Positions 24,474 through 37,425 of a DNA stretch of 64,000 nucleotides are shown one piece after another. Under the pieces are notes generated by a model, which was given only the letters and a program-made list of their open reading frames with translations, was not told the origin of the DNA and did not search any database. How positions within the stretch are numbered: position 1 is the first letter of the stretch; every line of letters starts with the position of its first letter. The position numbers were made by a program, and so were the translations under genes. The stretch is from Octopus sinensis. Taxonomy: Eukaryota. The stretch lies in assembly GCF_006345805.1 (NCBI RefSeq), contig NW_021833450.1:1-64000 (forward strand), read 5' to 3'.

Positions 24474-26244
24474 TTCAAACTGAAAAATAATGATGAAGGT
24501 AATATCGAAAAACTCTCTGAAGAATATAGCAAACACTTTCCGAGAATTATGGTACGTCTATTCCAACGTAAGAAAGCACCAAATATCTTAGGTACTCTGA
24601 TTGTTAATTTGAGTTTTAATTCTGGTCTCTCAGAAACAGTCAAAGCTGGCATCTCTAAAGAAATTTTATCAAGGATTACAAAGTGAAATTAATATAAAAA
24701 TCTTTTCTTTTTTTCCCTTTGGACAAAATTTTGCGTTTCAGCAAATTATTTGCATACACGGATGCTACAGATTAAACGAAAATACGAAATCAATAATACG
24801 AAACTCGTAGCAAAACTCAGCAGCGCAAAGAAAGTTTAAAATAGATTTTACTGTGACAAATTGAATAGCAACACTGACAATGAATATCGTAAGAATGTTG
24901 CTTTTGTGTCCGTTGGTTATGCTTTAGATTAATATTGGTGAAGAGGAGAGGTGGCAGTAGACACGGCGTTTGCAGAAGTTTATGGATTAGTGAGATCGAT
25001 ACGGTTAATCTTTAGCTTGGAGATTTGTGTGTTGACATCTGTTGGGAAAATGGGATCAGGGATTGAATTTCAGAGGATTAATGTCTGGGGCAGTGGAAAC
25101 CCAATCGCTGTGTTGTAGCCCAGTCAGCCTTAGTTTAAAAAAAGCACGGGCAAAGATTTTATATAAATAATAATTTGAGTTTTATTTGAATAAATAAAAT
25201 TTACAGTCAACTTCTGAATGAGATTGAAATGTCACAGATAAATAAAAAGTTAGCGTCATCTATTATTATAAGTTAAGAAAATAATAATTATTCGAAGGCA
25301 AATCTCTTTTCGATGATGTGTCGAAAAACGAAAGCGGATGTCTTCAAGATTCAGGTTTTCGGTACATCATCTATTTATAATAACTGGGTATAAATTGTAT
25401 GGTTTATTGTTTACTATGGAATCCTTCAGATAAGACTTGATCATCCACACCTTGAGAAAGTATTCATTCATAGCCTGCCGTGTGCTTACAGGCAGTGTTA
25501 CATCTTCTTGCAGCAGTTCGATCAGTTCAAACGAGGAATCCATAGAGAGATTCAAAATCTCAAGTAAATCGATCAATGAGACCAAAATGTGTCACTTCCA
25601 CCCGATGAGTCGCTTTGCACAGTGGAATTCTGATATCAGGGTGACCAATTTCAGTGGAAATGTATCTGCTATGAATCTGAGACAAACCATATTCAGAAAC
25701 TGGGGAATTTAGGGAGTAAGATAAAGTTTATTGTGGGCAATAAAGAAATAAGATAAGAGAGGTTTATCATGATATCACCATTTTATGCCGAAAATTGGTG
25801 TCGGAACTCTAAGCAATTGTGGTTCAATATAAGAATGACGGTCTCATTTGTGAAAATAGTTTTAAGATCCTCTTCTATTTTTCACCCGGTTTCGAAAACT
25901 CTCACTGAGCACCTAGGCCTCCAAATGTGGAGTTTTAAGTTTTCTCGTGTCAGCTGATTAACCTCCGTTACTTCACTGATCTGTCACTTAATTGGTGGCC
26001 AGAAAAGGTTAGTTTCGTTTGACATCAAGAAGTTCAATGCATATGGATATCATTTCCGTTGCTGTAGTCACAGCAGTGAAAATTTGTAATAGTTTTTGCT
26101 AAAGACTTGATTTGTATTAAAACATGTTTAGCGAAGACGAGAGCGCAAACTTTCATAGACAAAAGTAATAGAAACATTTCTCTTTAATTTGCCTCTCTCA
26201 TAACTTGATAACCTCACCGAAATGTGAGAGGATGTCCATAATAA

Positions 26245-26629
26245 ATGACTGCTCATAATGAACAGCATAGCACGGTACCCGCTGACTGACCCATCGTGTA
26301 TAGGAGGAGATTTTCAGCTCTGCTGATTGTTCTCGTTTTTCTTCCTGTAAGTACTTGTTTTTACTGATGCACTCTGAATCGAGCTATAAACAGGTTAAGT
26401 TGCTGCTGTATGACGAAAAATTCCCCGATAGCCTTTACATTTTTGTTAAGAAGTTATCTACATCTAGGTTCTGTTGGTGGAAGCTGACACAAGTTGCAAA
26501 TGGGGCTGCGACATGCAGTTTCGCTTGAATACCAGCTACTTCGCTCGTTTTTTCTTGTTTCGAGTCGCAGTTTTCCCACGTATGGACGGAACATTAAATG
26601 TACAGAATTCGCAACTTTCCACGGAATAA
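26245..26629 (+). pseudogene. Candidate second gene, left copy (exon 1 26245-26346, exon 2 from 26468), nonsense at codon 15
   Basis: Same two-exon layout and 121-nt intron. TGA at 26287 replaces TGG. Homology to the right copy ends at ~26547. Confidence 0.5.
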
Positions 26630-28060
26630 TCCTCACAATAAACAAAATGTAGCAACAGTTTTAGACTGAATAACATTAAACGTTTTTGAGAAGGGAAAAT
26701 AAAAATAATAATTTGTTTAATTAAGAAAGATAATGAGATAATACTGCTGGTGTATTTTTAGTATTGATACAACAACGTTAGAGATATTAATATTTGAACG
26801 TACTGAGATGGTAAACTTCTTGGTCATTATTTTTAATAACAAAGATATTCACACACAGTAGATCCAATATATAATGGATATACGACAATTCATAAAAAGA
26901 AATCTTGTTGCAATAACTGAAGATGTTGAATATTCTCCAGAACCAAAGGGCCACAACGTGTCAGCTCCTGAAGTATTTGAACGTTATGATACAATTATAG
27001 ACTCACTGGGGTATGCATGTATTTTGGAAATACCTAACGGAGTGACGACCGAGCCCTGCATATTTACGACTGCCAGAAATACGGTGAAGTCATAGACAAC
27101 GGTGCTTCTTACATCGATGCTGAACAGAAGAATCATAGAAGATCAATTGTCAGGATCACTTAGCTCTATCAAGATAGAAACTCCAACGCATTCATTGGGG
27201 TGGCGTCCATGGTTGAGTAATCAAGTAATGAAAGAATCACTATGATTCAAGGTCCCAATTAAAATTTATAAGAATGGAATTTGATAGGGACAGAGTGTCT
27301 TGGGAATTCACGAAAGCAGCGAGAAAGAAATCACAGGATTTTAATTCAGCAGATGAGACAAGGATGATCGTGCTGTGATAGACACCGCAGTACAGGCCGG
27401 ACTGTGGTTAGGGAGGAGAAAACATTTCATTCGAAAAGGCACCTTTCAGAGCAGCAGTCGATGTTCGACAGATTCAACAGCGTCATTTTGAAAACGTTAA
27501 CAACCAAGGCAATAAATCTTAACTAAATCAGAAATAAAAATCGCAAAAAAACATTGTTTGACCCAAGTTGCCGCAGTTCCAATCCAGGTCTTTTTAAATT
27601 ACATCAATGAGTACAGCATACACGAAAATAGAGTATATTGCTTTTGTTGTCCACATTTTCTAGGAAAAAGCCCAAAATAGCAATAGCAAGCACTCATTAA
27701 AACAAGTTTTCTCGAGCGGAAGTATGCATTGGGGTAAAATGTACCAAATCTATATCTCAGCCGGTTGTGTATGGAGGGAATATCAAACTTTTGGGAAAGA
27801 AACTTGTGATGCTATTCACTGTCATTTGTCAAGAAGGGGACAATAATGGGACCACGAAAAGCAAAATACTTATATCATTGTACTCGCAATGATTATTCTT
27901 TAAATCATGGCATCAGTAATCAAAGAATTACTTGCTTAAGACTTGACTAAGTCTTAAACTTTACATTAAGTTTCAATGAAACAAAGGTCATTTCGAAAAC
28001 TGAACCGCTCTGAGACGTTCTGCACCGCGTACTTGACAATATTATTTATGAGGAATTAAA

Positions 28061-28455
28061 GGCGGTGAGCTGGCAGAAATGTTAGCACGCTGGGCCAAAT
28101 GCATAGCGGTATTTCGTCTGCCGTTACGTTCTGAGTTCAAATTCCGCCGAGGTTGACTTTGCCTTTCATCCTTTTGGGGTCGATTAAATAAGTACCAGTT
28201 ACGCATTGGGGTCGATATACTCGACTTAATCCGTTTGTCTGTCCTTGTTTGTCCCCTCTGTGTGTAGCCCCTTGTGGGTAGTAAAGAAATAGGTATTTCG
28301 TCTACCGCTACGTTCTGAGTTCAAATTCCGCCGAGGTCGACTTAGCCTTTTCAGGGTCGATGAAATAAGTAGCAGTTATGCACTGGGGTCAATGTAACCG
28401 ACTGGCCACCTTCTACAAAGATTTCCAAGGCCCTGTGCCGAGAGTAAGAATAATT
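28061..28455 (+). mobile_element. Dimeric tRNA-derived SINE with CORE-like centre
   Basis: GGCGGTGAGCTGGCAGAA head. The GAGTTCAAATTCCGCCGAGGT block occurs twice (~28134 and ~28318). Confidence 0.85.
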
Positions 28456-28564
28456 ATTTAAGCGGAAATAATTGGATGTTGAATAGTTTCTGAATATAAC
28501 ATTGATTCACTTTCTGCAGCGTATGTCTTCGGTGCTGAACACAGGGTTTGCAGTATTACTTCAT

Positions 28565-29530
28565 TCACTTAGTTTTCCATGTTCACACTTTCATCGCCTT
28601 CCAAGTATTGTCCATTTGATGTAATGCATCGGTCCAGACGCGTTTTCCAGTCTTCGAAGCGGTCTTGGAACTCTTGCGAAATGATCGTCTCCGTCGCTTT
28701 TTTTTTCACCTCTTTCACATCTGCAAAATATTTTCCTTTAAGGACTTTTCTCATTCGGGAGAACAAAAAAATATTGCAGGGAGCAAGACCGGGGCAACAG
28801 GGAGGGTGGGTAAACGAGGTCATGCCATTTTTGGTCAAAAACTGTCTCACACTGAAGGCGGTGTCCGAAATTTCTTTGTCGTGATGAAACCACCCCACCC
28901 CACTTCTGCCACGGGTCGGAACGATTTCGTCTCGTCGTGCCTCGCAAACGCTTCAGAAATGCTTCCATTGACTTGATCGCCCTATCGTTTCCGGGTTGTA
29001 GCCGTAGCACTAACTTTCGTCACTTCAAAAAAAGGGTCCGGATCCATTTCCAACTGTTCTTTCACTTCGCGACACGTATTTAGTCGTGACTGCTTTTAAT
29101 TTTCCGTGAGCAAGTGAAACACAAGTTTTGCTGCAACTCTTTTCATTCGCAATTTCTCGCTCAAAATTCATTGGAAAGAGCTCCAAGAAACACCAGTCAT
29201 ATTAACAAGTTCATCAATTGTTCGGCGACTGTCCTCCAAGACCAGTTTGTGAATTTTCGTGATGTTTTCATTCGTTCTGGAGGTCGACGGTTTCCCTGAA
29301 TGATATTGGTCTTCAAGCGGAAAGTGACCATTACTAAAACGTGAAAACCACTAGTTTTGCTCATGGTAGAATCCTTGTAAGCTGTTTGAAGCATCACAAC
29401 TGTTTCCGCCGCCGTTTTCCCAGAAAGAAAAAAAAACAGAATTTTGCGGAAGCATGCTGTCCCTTCGTTTCAACCATCGCAATAATCTACGAACAAGGGA
29501 GAAGCAATGCAAAACAAAGACGCACCACGT
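28565..29530 (-). mobile_element. Degraded mariner transposase in the palindrome spacer
   Basis: GKTAAETVVMLQTAY, SGRPS, WFHHD, HPPCCPGLAPCNIFLF motifs, with frameshifts. Confidence 0.88.
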
Positions 29531-29606
29531 GACGAGTCCTGACTTCGACGTCAGTCGGGAGACTGACACCTGAGGGATGCATCAAGTGGATTCTAGCGGC
29601 GGAAGC

Positions 29607-29804
29607 TTAAACTACAACGGGCTTGTTCCGCAGAGAAAGTTTCCGGTTACTTTTGGTTACTCTTTCGTATTGGTGTTGACAAATAATTGTGTCCCCTAAT
29701 ATTATGATGGTTCCTCGGTCATGAGCGGAGGAATCGCTGGTGTTCATGCGAAATTGCATGTCGCAGCCCCATTTGCAACTTGTGTCAGCTTCCACCAACA
29801 GAAC
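29607..29804 (-). CDS. Candidate second gene, right copy, exon 2 (end of signal peptide, Cys-containing mature region)
   Basis: 121-nt intron ending catctAG, phase 0. Reads VLLVEA|DTSCKWGCDMQFRMNTSD...; the true 3' end is uncertain. Confidence 0.5.
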   Translation of the reverse strand, partial: VLLVEADTSCKWGCDMQFRMNTSDSSAHDRGTIIILGDTIICQHQYERVTKSNRKLSLRNKPVVV

Positions 29805-29925
29805 CTAGATGTAGATAACTTCTTAACAAAAATGTAAAGGCTATCGGGGAATTTTTCGTCATACAGCAGCAACTTAACCTGTTTATGGATCGATTCAGAG
29901 TGCATCAGTAAAAACAAGTACTTAC

Positions 29926-30027
29926 AGGAAGAAAAACGAGGATAACCAGCAGAGAAGAAAATCTTCTCCTATACACGATGGGCCAGTCAGCGGGTACCGT
30001 GCTATGCTGTTCATTATGAGCTTTCAT
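29926..30027 (-). CDS. Candidate second gene, right copy, exon 1 (basic + hydrophobic leader)
   Basis: ATG...MKAHNEQHSTVPADWPIVYRRRFSSLLVILVFLP, then donor GTAAGT. Differences from the left copy in the hydrophobic part are silent or conservative. Confidence 0.55.
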
Positions 30028-32328
30028 TTATTGACATTCTCCCTCATTTCAGTGAGGTTATCAAGTCATGGGAGAGGCAAATTAAAGAGGAATGTTTCTG
30101 TAACGTTTGTCTATGAAAGTTTGCGCTCTCGTCTTCGCTAAACAGGTTTTAATACAAATCAAGTCTTTAGCAAAAATATTACAAATTTTCACTGCTGTGA
30201 CTACAGCAACAGAAATGGTATCCAGTTAAACATCTTCATGTCAAACGAAACGAAAGTTTTGTAGCCTCCGATTAAGTAACAGATAGTGAAGATATTATGC
30301 TCAACCAGCTGACTCGAGAGAAACCTAATCTGCAAGGCAATCTTAACAGCATTTGGAGGCCTCAGCGGCTAGTGTGAGAGTGTTGGAAGCCGGCTGAAAA
30401 TTCAAACCACAATTCCTATATTGAACCAGGTTTGCTTAGAGTTCCGACACCGATGTTCGGCATAAAATGGTGATATCATGATAAACCTCTTATCTTATTT
30501 CTTTATTGCCCACAAGGGGTCATGATAAACCTCTCTTATCTTACTCCCTAAATTCCCCAGTTTCTGAATATGGTTTGTCTCAACTTCATAGCAGATACAT
30601 TTCAACTGAACTTGGATACCCTGATATCAGAATGCCACTATGCAAAGCGACTCATCGGGTGGAAGTGACACATTTTGATCTCATTAACCGATTTACTTGA
30701 GATTTTGAATCTCTCTATGGATTCCTCGTTTGAACTAATCGAACTGCTGCAAGAAGATGTAACACTGCCTGTAAGCACACGGCAGGCTATGAATGAATAC
30801 TTTCTCAAGGTGTGGATGATCAAGTCTTATCTGAAGGATTCCACAGTAAACAATAAACCAGACAATGTATGCCCAGTTATTATGAATAGATGATGTATCG
30901 AAAACCTGAATCTTGAAGACATCCGCTTTCGTTTTTCGACACAACACCGAAAAGAGAATTGCTTTCGAGTAGTTTGTATTTTCATAACGTATAACAGATA
31001 CTGCTAACTTTTTATTTATTTGACATTCCAATCACATTCAGAAGTTGACTGTAAATAAATTTGATTTATTCAATTAAAATTCAAATTTTTTTAATACAAA
31101 TTCTCTGCCTGTGCTTAAAGTTTTTTAAAACTAAATCTACCTGGGCCACCACAAAACAATTGGATCACCACTGCTCCAGAACATTAATCGTCTGAAATTC
31201 GATCTCTGATCACATTTTCTTTATACAAATATTCAAACGAAATATTAACCGTATCGATCTCACCAATCCACAAAGGCTTGAAAACATCACGTCGATCCCA
31301 CTCCCATCTCCCCTCTTCACCAAACTATAAACAAAGAATCCAATATTAATCTAAAACTTAACCAATGAAAACAAAAGGAACATTTTTACGACATTTATGG
31401 TCAATATTTCAATTTATGTTTTTCACACCGAAAACTATTTCAACCTTTCGATAACCTGAAAGAAATTGTTGAGCTGCTGAGTTTCTGAGCGAATGTCTAT
31501 TAAATTTCGTTTTTCGTATGACTGATTTCTTATTTTCGTTTTAACTGTATTTCACTCTGCTAATAAGCTGCAAGTAAGTTGCTGAAGCAAAATTTCATCC
31601 ATAGAGAAGAACATAAATTTTTTATTTTAATTTCACTTTGTAATCCTTGATAAAATTAATTTAGACTTGCCAACTTAAATAGTTTCTGAGAGACCAGAGG
31701 TAAAACTCAAATTAACAATCATATTACCTAAGGTTTTCGGTGCTTACTTACATTGCAATGGCCGTACAATAATTCCCGTAGACTATTTACCATATTCTTC
31801 AGAAAAGTTTTCCATGTTATTTTTCTTTAATTTGTTTTCTTTCTTTTTTTTTAGTTTGAATAACAAATGATTTCACTTTTTAAGAGAAATCAATCAAATG
31901 CAATTATTTTATCTCATATATTATTTAGATGATGGGTAAGAAGTGTTAAAGATTCGATTTAACTGCTTCTAGAATTTAGTTAAGACCCGTTACGTTTTGA
32001 AACAAAATGCTGTCCAGGTTAACTTAGTGTTTCATTCTTTGAAGGTCGATGAAATAACACCCAATTGCTTCATTGGTACTCAAGTAAATTTAATAATCTT
32101 ATAAACCTTCAAATGTGCGAATGGATTTATAAGAGAAGACTAATTTAGAACGAAAAACGTTAGGAATAAATATAAATTAACAAAAGAATTAACTGAATTA
32201 AATTGAGTTTATTCACAATGAAACACGCATTTTATCTGATAGAATTATTATTAGCAAACGTGATCCGTTGGAGTCTTGCTCACATTTCATGGAGAAGTAA
32301 ATAATTTTGGGGTGAATTCCATTAAAGT

Positions 32329-32519
32329 TCAGACCAGTTTCTTTAGCACGCACTTAGTGTTAGTATATGAAAAGGCGGTACATGTAGAAGATACCATACA
32401 TAAACGTGAACAATCCAGAACCGAGTGAGCATCCACCTGGGCCTCGGTTACAAGGTTGTGATATGGATTTTGTTTGAAGGAAAAAGTTGAATAAGCAGTC
32501 GAATCATTAATTACTTTTT
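32329..32519 (-). CDS. PAN gene B exon 4 (terminal): PAN/Apple-like domain 3
   Basis: ttttattgcAG acceptor, phase 1. Encodes ...SVLDCSRLCMVSSTCTAFSYTNTKCVLKKLV*; AATAAA at 32208-32213 on -. Spliced CDS 46+258+231+191 = 726 nt (241 aa). Confidence 0.88.
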
Positions 32520-33495
32520 CTGCAATAAAAAATGAAAGCGAAATCACAAGAAATACAAGAACATAAATGAAATTATTTCTCTTCAGTGACAAGGCACAAG
32601 GGAAACGAATAGATATGGTCTAATGATTCGATAGATCGATTTTATTGATGTTCCGTTTGGGCATCTTTAAGTTAGCGTGAGTAGGGAGTGAATTCCTGAA
32701 TGTTACCTAATCTAGAAAGGAAGTATCGGAATAATAATTGATGAAGAATCTGGCTGGTGAAATAGCACGTATGGCGGGAGAATGAGAAGGGGTATGTAGC
32801 TGATGATCTCGGACGTAGAGAGATTCTCGTATTATCAGCGAGTTGTATTGGGGGATTTCTGGGCAAATTAATAATTAATATTAATCCATCTAGCAGATTT
32901 TAAATGTACCTGTGGATCATTTGCAAGGGTATTAATTATTAATTCACTGCTAATCTATTTAACTAAGTATTAAAACTCTAGGTAGCAGTAATGATGCAAT
33001 GAGGAAGAAAGAGATATTTATTAATTTAATAATTTGCCGACAAGAACAGGAGAGAGAAGATCAATGAATTAAAGATGATGAACAAGAAACAGAAACAAAG
33101 AACACACACAAAAAACCTCAATAAAAACGGTCTTACTTTCAACGAAATAATAAGAGTCGAGAACTCTTACACCACAACCGACGGAATTAATCTTCTCCAG
33201 TGTATGTGACTGTCTGAAGTCATTCCAAAGTTCTGGAATGGAATAAAAATGATGAAATGAACGCAGGAACTATGATCCACCCGACGTCCATCATACTACG
33301 AAATACGGACTATGATCGCAAGAAAACTGTGATTTGTGGAAACTCGCGTAGCGCTGCATTAATTATTTATAAAGTCTATCCATGAAATTTAATTAATAAT
33401 ACGATAATATACATACATATACATATACATACATACATACATACATACATGCATACATACATACATACATACATACATACATACATACATACAAT

Positions 33496-33580
<85 letters not shown>

Positions 33581-33849
33581 CTAGTTTATTTTGTCTCTCT
33601 GTCTTCTCTATGGGCGCGATATGAACATTTAAGGTGGTTTTAGGGCCAGGGTTTTGACTGGTATTTCAGCATGGTGGTATCTCTCAGGTACCTTAATTTA
33701 TAGTTTTAAATAATTATTACCTTTGTATGGTATTTATTCCCATGATGGCTACTTGATAAGATCGATATTTAAATATCGATATTATCCTTATTAATATATA
33801 TAAATATGTATATATATATATATACGATAAGAAATGGACTAATAAATTG

Positions 33850-35150
33850 CAGTGAAAAGTGGATCAACTAGCGATGAATGAAATTAAAGTAATCTTAGAA
33901 GCGAGAGAATCCATAATGAATTTCGATAACAAACTATAGGTAAGGAAGGACACGCCTAATAACTTCGATATCACTATGCGAGCACCAGATTCATCACAGA
34001 TAACTGACTTAGTAGGAATTTACTTATCAAATTTACAGGAAGAATTCTCGGAGATCAAGGGTTGTCTCTACAGGTATGACGCACTATTTATATTGAAAAA
34101 CATCTCAAATAGGAGATTAGAACTCACCAAGAAAACATTTTGGCCTAACTATTACTATAGAAAAGGAACATACTTCTATAAACTACTTAGACGCTTATTG
34201 CAGCCTAACCACAGGACAACATGAACCCTACATAAAATCGAATACAAACCTTAAATATATAAACGCATTGAGTAACCATCCCAACTTTATTAAAAGAGGA
34301 CTAGTACAAAGCAACAGCAAAATAATTTCACGCCTCTCTTCCAACGAATATCGCCAAACCCTATTTATCCACGAAATATCGCTAATCCTCATTTTACAGG
34401 TTATAAGCGAACCTGTTTAACCTCTTATTACCTCCCCTTAACTGTTCCACGTACCAATTAGCACTACTCAACTCCACTCCTCATTATAAACTAATTACTC
34501 AACTGTATACTTATTTTACATACTACGGTATTTTCCTATAATTTAATTTCATTTAATAACTAGACGACCGATTCATTTTAATGCTATAATTTTCCCATCG
34601 ATCTTGTTTTTCTATGCACTCTTCAACCCTTTCTATTGTTCCTTTACTTAGCCCATTATACACACTATATCGTACATATTTTAAATAATAACTTTATCCT
34701 TATACTACGGCTTCCATTGAAAATACAGGAACTAACTTACAAGCTATAAATTAGTGTTACGTAGGTCCAAATAACTACAACGGATATCTCCAATAGCGAT
34801 AAGTCACTCGGATTACACCGGCGGTCAACTAGTAATTAGCATTAGATGTTAGAACCTACGGACACGTGGAATTTGGAATTATGAGACTAATTAATTATAA
34901 GACCAAGGATTTAACTAACTCTCTTCTCTTCTATCCTCCAACTGGTATACTGAATTAAGGACCTCCCTAAAATCTAAGACTATTGAACTAACAAACATTC
35001 TTCCAGTTTTTCCTTTCCTTTCCTTACATTTTCTTTCTATTTTCCTTCTATTCATCTTTGCCATATAATCGTTATGATGATGTCTATCAATTGCAATGAG
35101 GTAAATGCAAATTTACCCCAGCTTGATATACTGAAACAACTCTAAGCATA
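33850..35150 (+). mobile_element. Degraded Penelope-like element (RT core) with a decayed hammerhead-like tail
   Basis: FDITMRAPDSSQITDLVGIYL...LYRYDALF resembles the PLE RT motifs around LYRDD. Confidence 0.55.
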
Positions 35151-35496
35151 TTCTCATCTTAATTAAATAATGACTTTAAAACACCAATGATTTACTTATC
35201 ACTGTTATTTATTGCTCCATTTCTTATCGTCTTTATATATATTAAACCACCGTTTTACCTTTAAATTACCTACTACCGTATACCTTATAACAAGGACCAT
35301 ACATACTGAGGTATGTATGTAGAATTCTTCTACATATATTTCGATGGACGCACTGTTATATATATCCTTCCTGATGAGATCGATGCATTGATGAACATAA
35401 TTTTTCCTGCCGGACATTTTGCAGTACATCCGTCGCGATATATGTCGAAGAATTCAAGATATAAATGGTGTAACAACATCCCAAGACTTCTCCTGG

Positions 35497-36092
35497 GCAC
35501 ATCAGATGTCGAAGAGACTTCGACCATATTTACTATCTGTGAAAGTTCAAAATTAATTTGTTTCCCTGCACAGATGGCATACCTATGAAACTTAAGGATT
35601 TGATCTTCTCATTCATTCAGGGAACATTTTTATTTCTCCTCATAAATATGGGACACCGTGATGTTTACCCTTTAAAATCGTTGATATCTCAGTCCATTGC
35701 TATAAGTCTTGAACGGTGCATAACCATTTTAGTGGATACTGAAAAGCTCGATCTTCTTTGGTCTAAACCTCATGTTTTTAATTCTTCTTCTAGTTCAGAC
35801 CACTTTATGAATCCCCTACGGAGGCAGTGTTTGATACGTTTAGCAGCTTTTAGCTACTCTTCCTGTTTCCGCCAAGTCTTAGCATTTTGTCGGTCGGTGG
35901 TAGACCAAAATACCGAGCAGGCTGCCCTATTACCGTGGTCCTTTGCGTTTGCTACGACATCTAGTTTCTCAGCCATGTGTTTGAAATCTGTGCGAAATTG
36001 ATCGTAAGTCAACTTACCGATACGTTATGGGAAACCTTGCCCCAACTCTTGCCTCCTCTCAGATCAGCTGTATAGTTGTTTATATTTTGGGC
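35497..36092 (-). mobile_element. Internal pogo fragment, duplicate of ~19700-20300
   Basis: Near-identical reverse complement that shares the inactivating lesions. Confidence 0.85.
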
Positions 36093-36550
36093 AAGAAGCC
36101 CGCCCAGAAGAGTTGCAGAAGATTCCAAAGTCGTCTGGAGGATGTGGTTGAAGCCAATGGCAATTTTATTGAATAAATTAACTCTTTAGTATTTTAAGAT
36201 ATTTTTATGTAATTTTGGTAAATATGTTAAACTGAGATGTTAGTGTTATTTTCAGTAAAGGCTATTTGCCAACATAATGTGGCTGTCCTGGAAGGGACAA
36301 TTGTTACTGTTGTTAGCCTCAGGAAACATGGTTTCCAGATGGCTATACGACACAATATTTGTGTCGTTATATCTTCCTGTGGTGGATGGGAGTGCTGGAC
36401 TCGCTGTTCGAAAATATAAGGACACAGATATTGTGTCGTATAGCCATCTGGAAACGATGTCCTTTCCAGGACAGCCACATTATGTTGAGAAATATTCTTT
36501 ACTTTAAAGAACTGTTATTTTCATTTGCATAATTTAGATGCCGCACCCAG

Positions 36551-36649
<99 letters not shown>

Positions 36650-36772
36650 TGTGTGTTAGATAATAATGCGAACGGTTTACACCTGATAGCTCACTGGTAA
36701 AGCACGGTCGAAACAAATGTCGCTATTGATAATAAATTCTCGTATATTCCATCTTCCGTCTTTCATTTGCCA

Positions 36773-36857
<85 letters not shown>

Positions 36858-36865
36858 GTATATCA

Positions 36866-37215
36866 GAAAATAAAAAAACAGAGATAAATGAAATGATAAT
36901 TATTTATTAATTACAAATTTGGACATCATTTCTGACAGCTGTTTTGATTCAAGACTTTAGAAATTAATTAGTATAATTAAAAACATACTAAAGTTGAATC
37001 ACATCGGAAAGTTTTGCTCCCTACACTCAACACACAATAATATGAAAATGTAAAGGTATATCTTTCCCCACCTCTGATGGGATTCAACTTTAAAATCTTT
37101 TTAATTATACTGATTGATTTCTAAAGTCTTGAATCGAAACAGTGTCAGAGACGATATCCAATTTTGTAATTAATAAATAATTATTATTCTATTTATCTCT
37201 ATTTTCTTATTTTCT
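36866..37215. mobile_element. Foldback/MITE-like palindromic element
   Basis: ~120-bp arms, e.g. GATTCAAGACTTTAGAAATTAATTAGTATAATTAAAAA vs TTTTTAATTATACTGATTGATTTCTAAAGTCTTGAATC. Confidence 0.7.
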
Positions 37216-37425
37216 TAAATATATAAAAATCTCGGTTCATCTTACAGTTGAATATTAAATGCAATATCCAATACTTTTTCCAATAGGCAATAAACCTTTA
37301 TATTTATTGGATTTTATTATCCGTTAATGAAGTTTAACCTTTAATTGAACTTTTATATGTAATGTGCTGATCCGTATAGTGAAAGATAAATATTATTCCT
37401 TTAAAGGTCACAATACATTATTAAA

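Larger units (their letters stand above)
4910..26547 (+). repeat. Left arm of a large inverted segmental duplication
   Basis: Blocks 4910-7345, 13330-13800, 19700-20300, 21430-22950 and 24480-26547 match the reverse complement of ~51140-53835, 38100-38560, 35497-36092, 31950-33410 and 29722-31860, in collinear inverted order. Confidence 0.93.

Noticed and set aside
30004-30141. Short ORF MLFIMSFHLLTFSLISVRLSSHGRGKLKR... kept in both arms
   Set aside because: It is antisense to the better-supported spliced leader exon, and its hydrophobic start is not conserved in the left copy.
30560-30893. Shared in-frame TGA within a long frame, considered as selenocysteine or read-through
   Set aside because: No convincing SECIS downstream, and changes in that frame are mostly radical replacements.
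35074-35144. Further hammerhead-like motifs (also 36683-36721, ~16290-16370, ~62330-62420, and GGCC...GGCCGAAAC at the CR1 3' end)
   Set aside because: Core or stem I/III positions are mutated or missing, so these are decayed relics at best.
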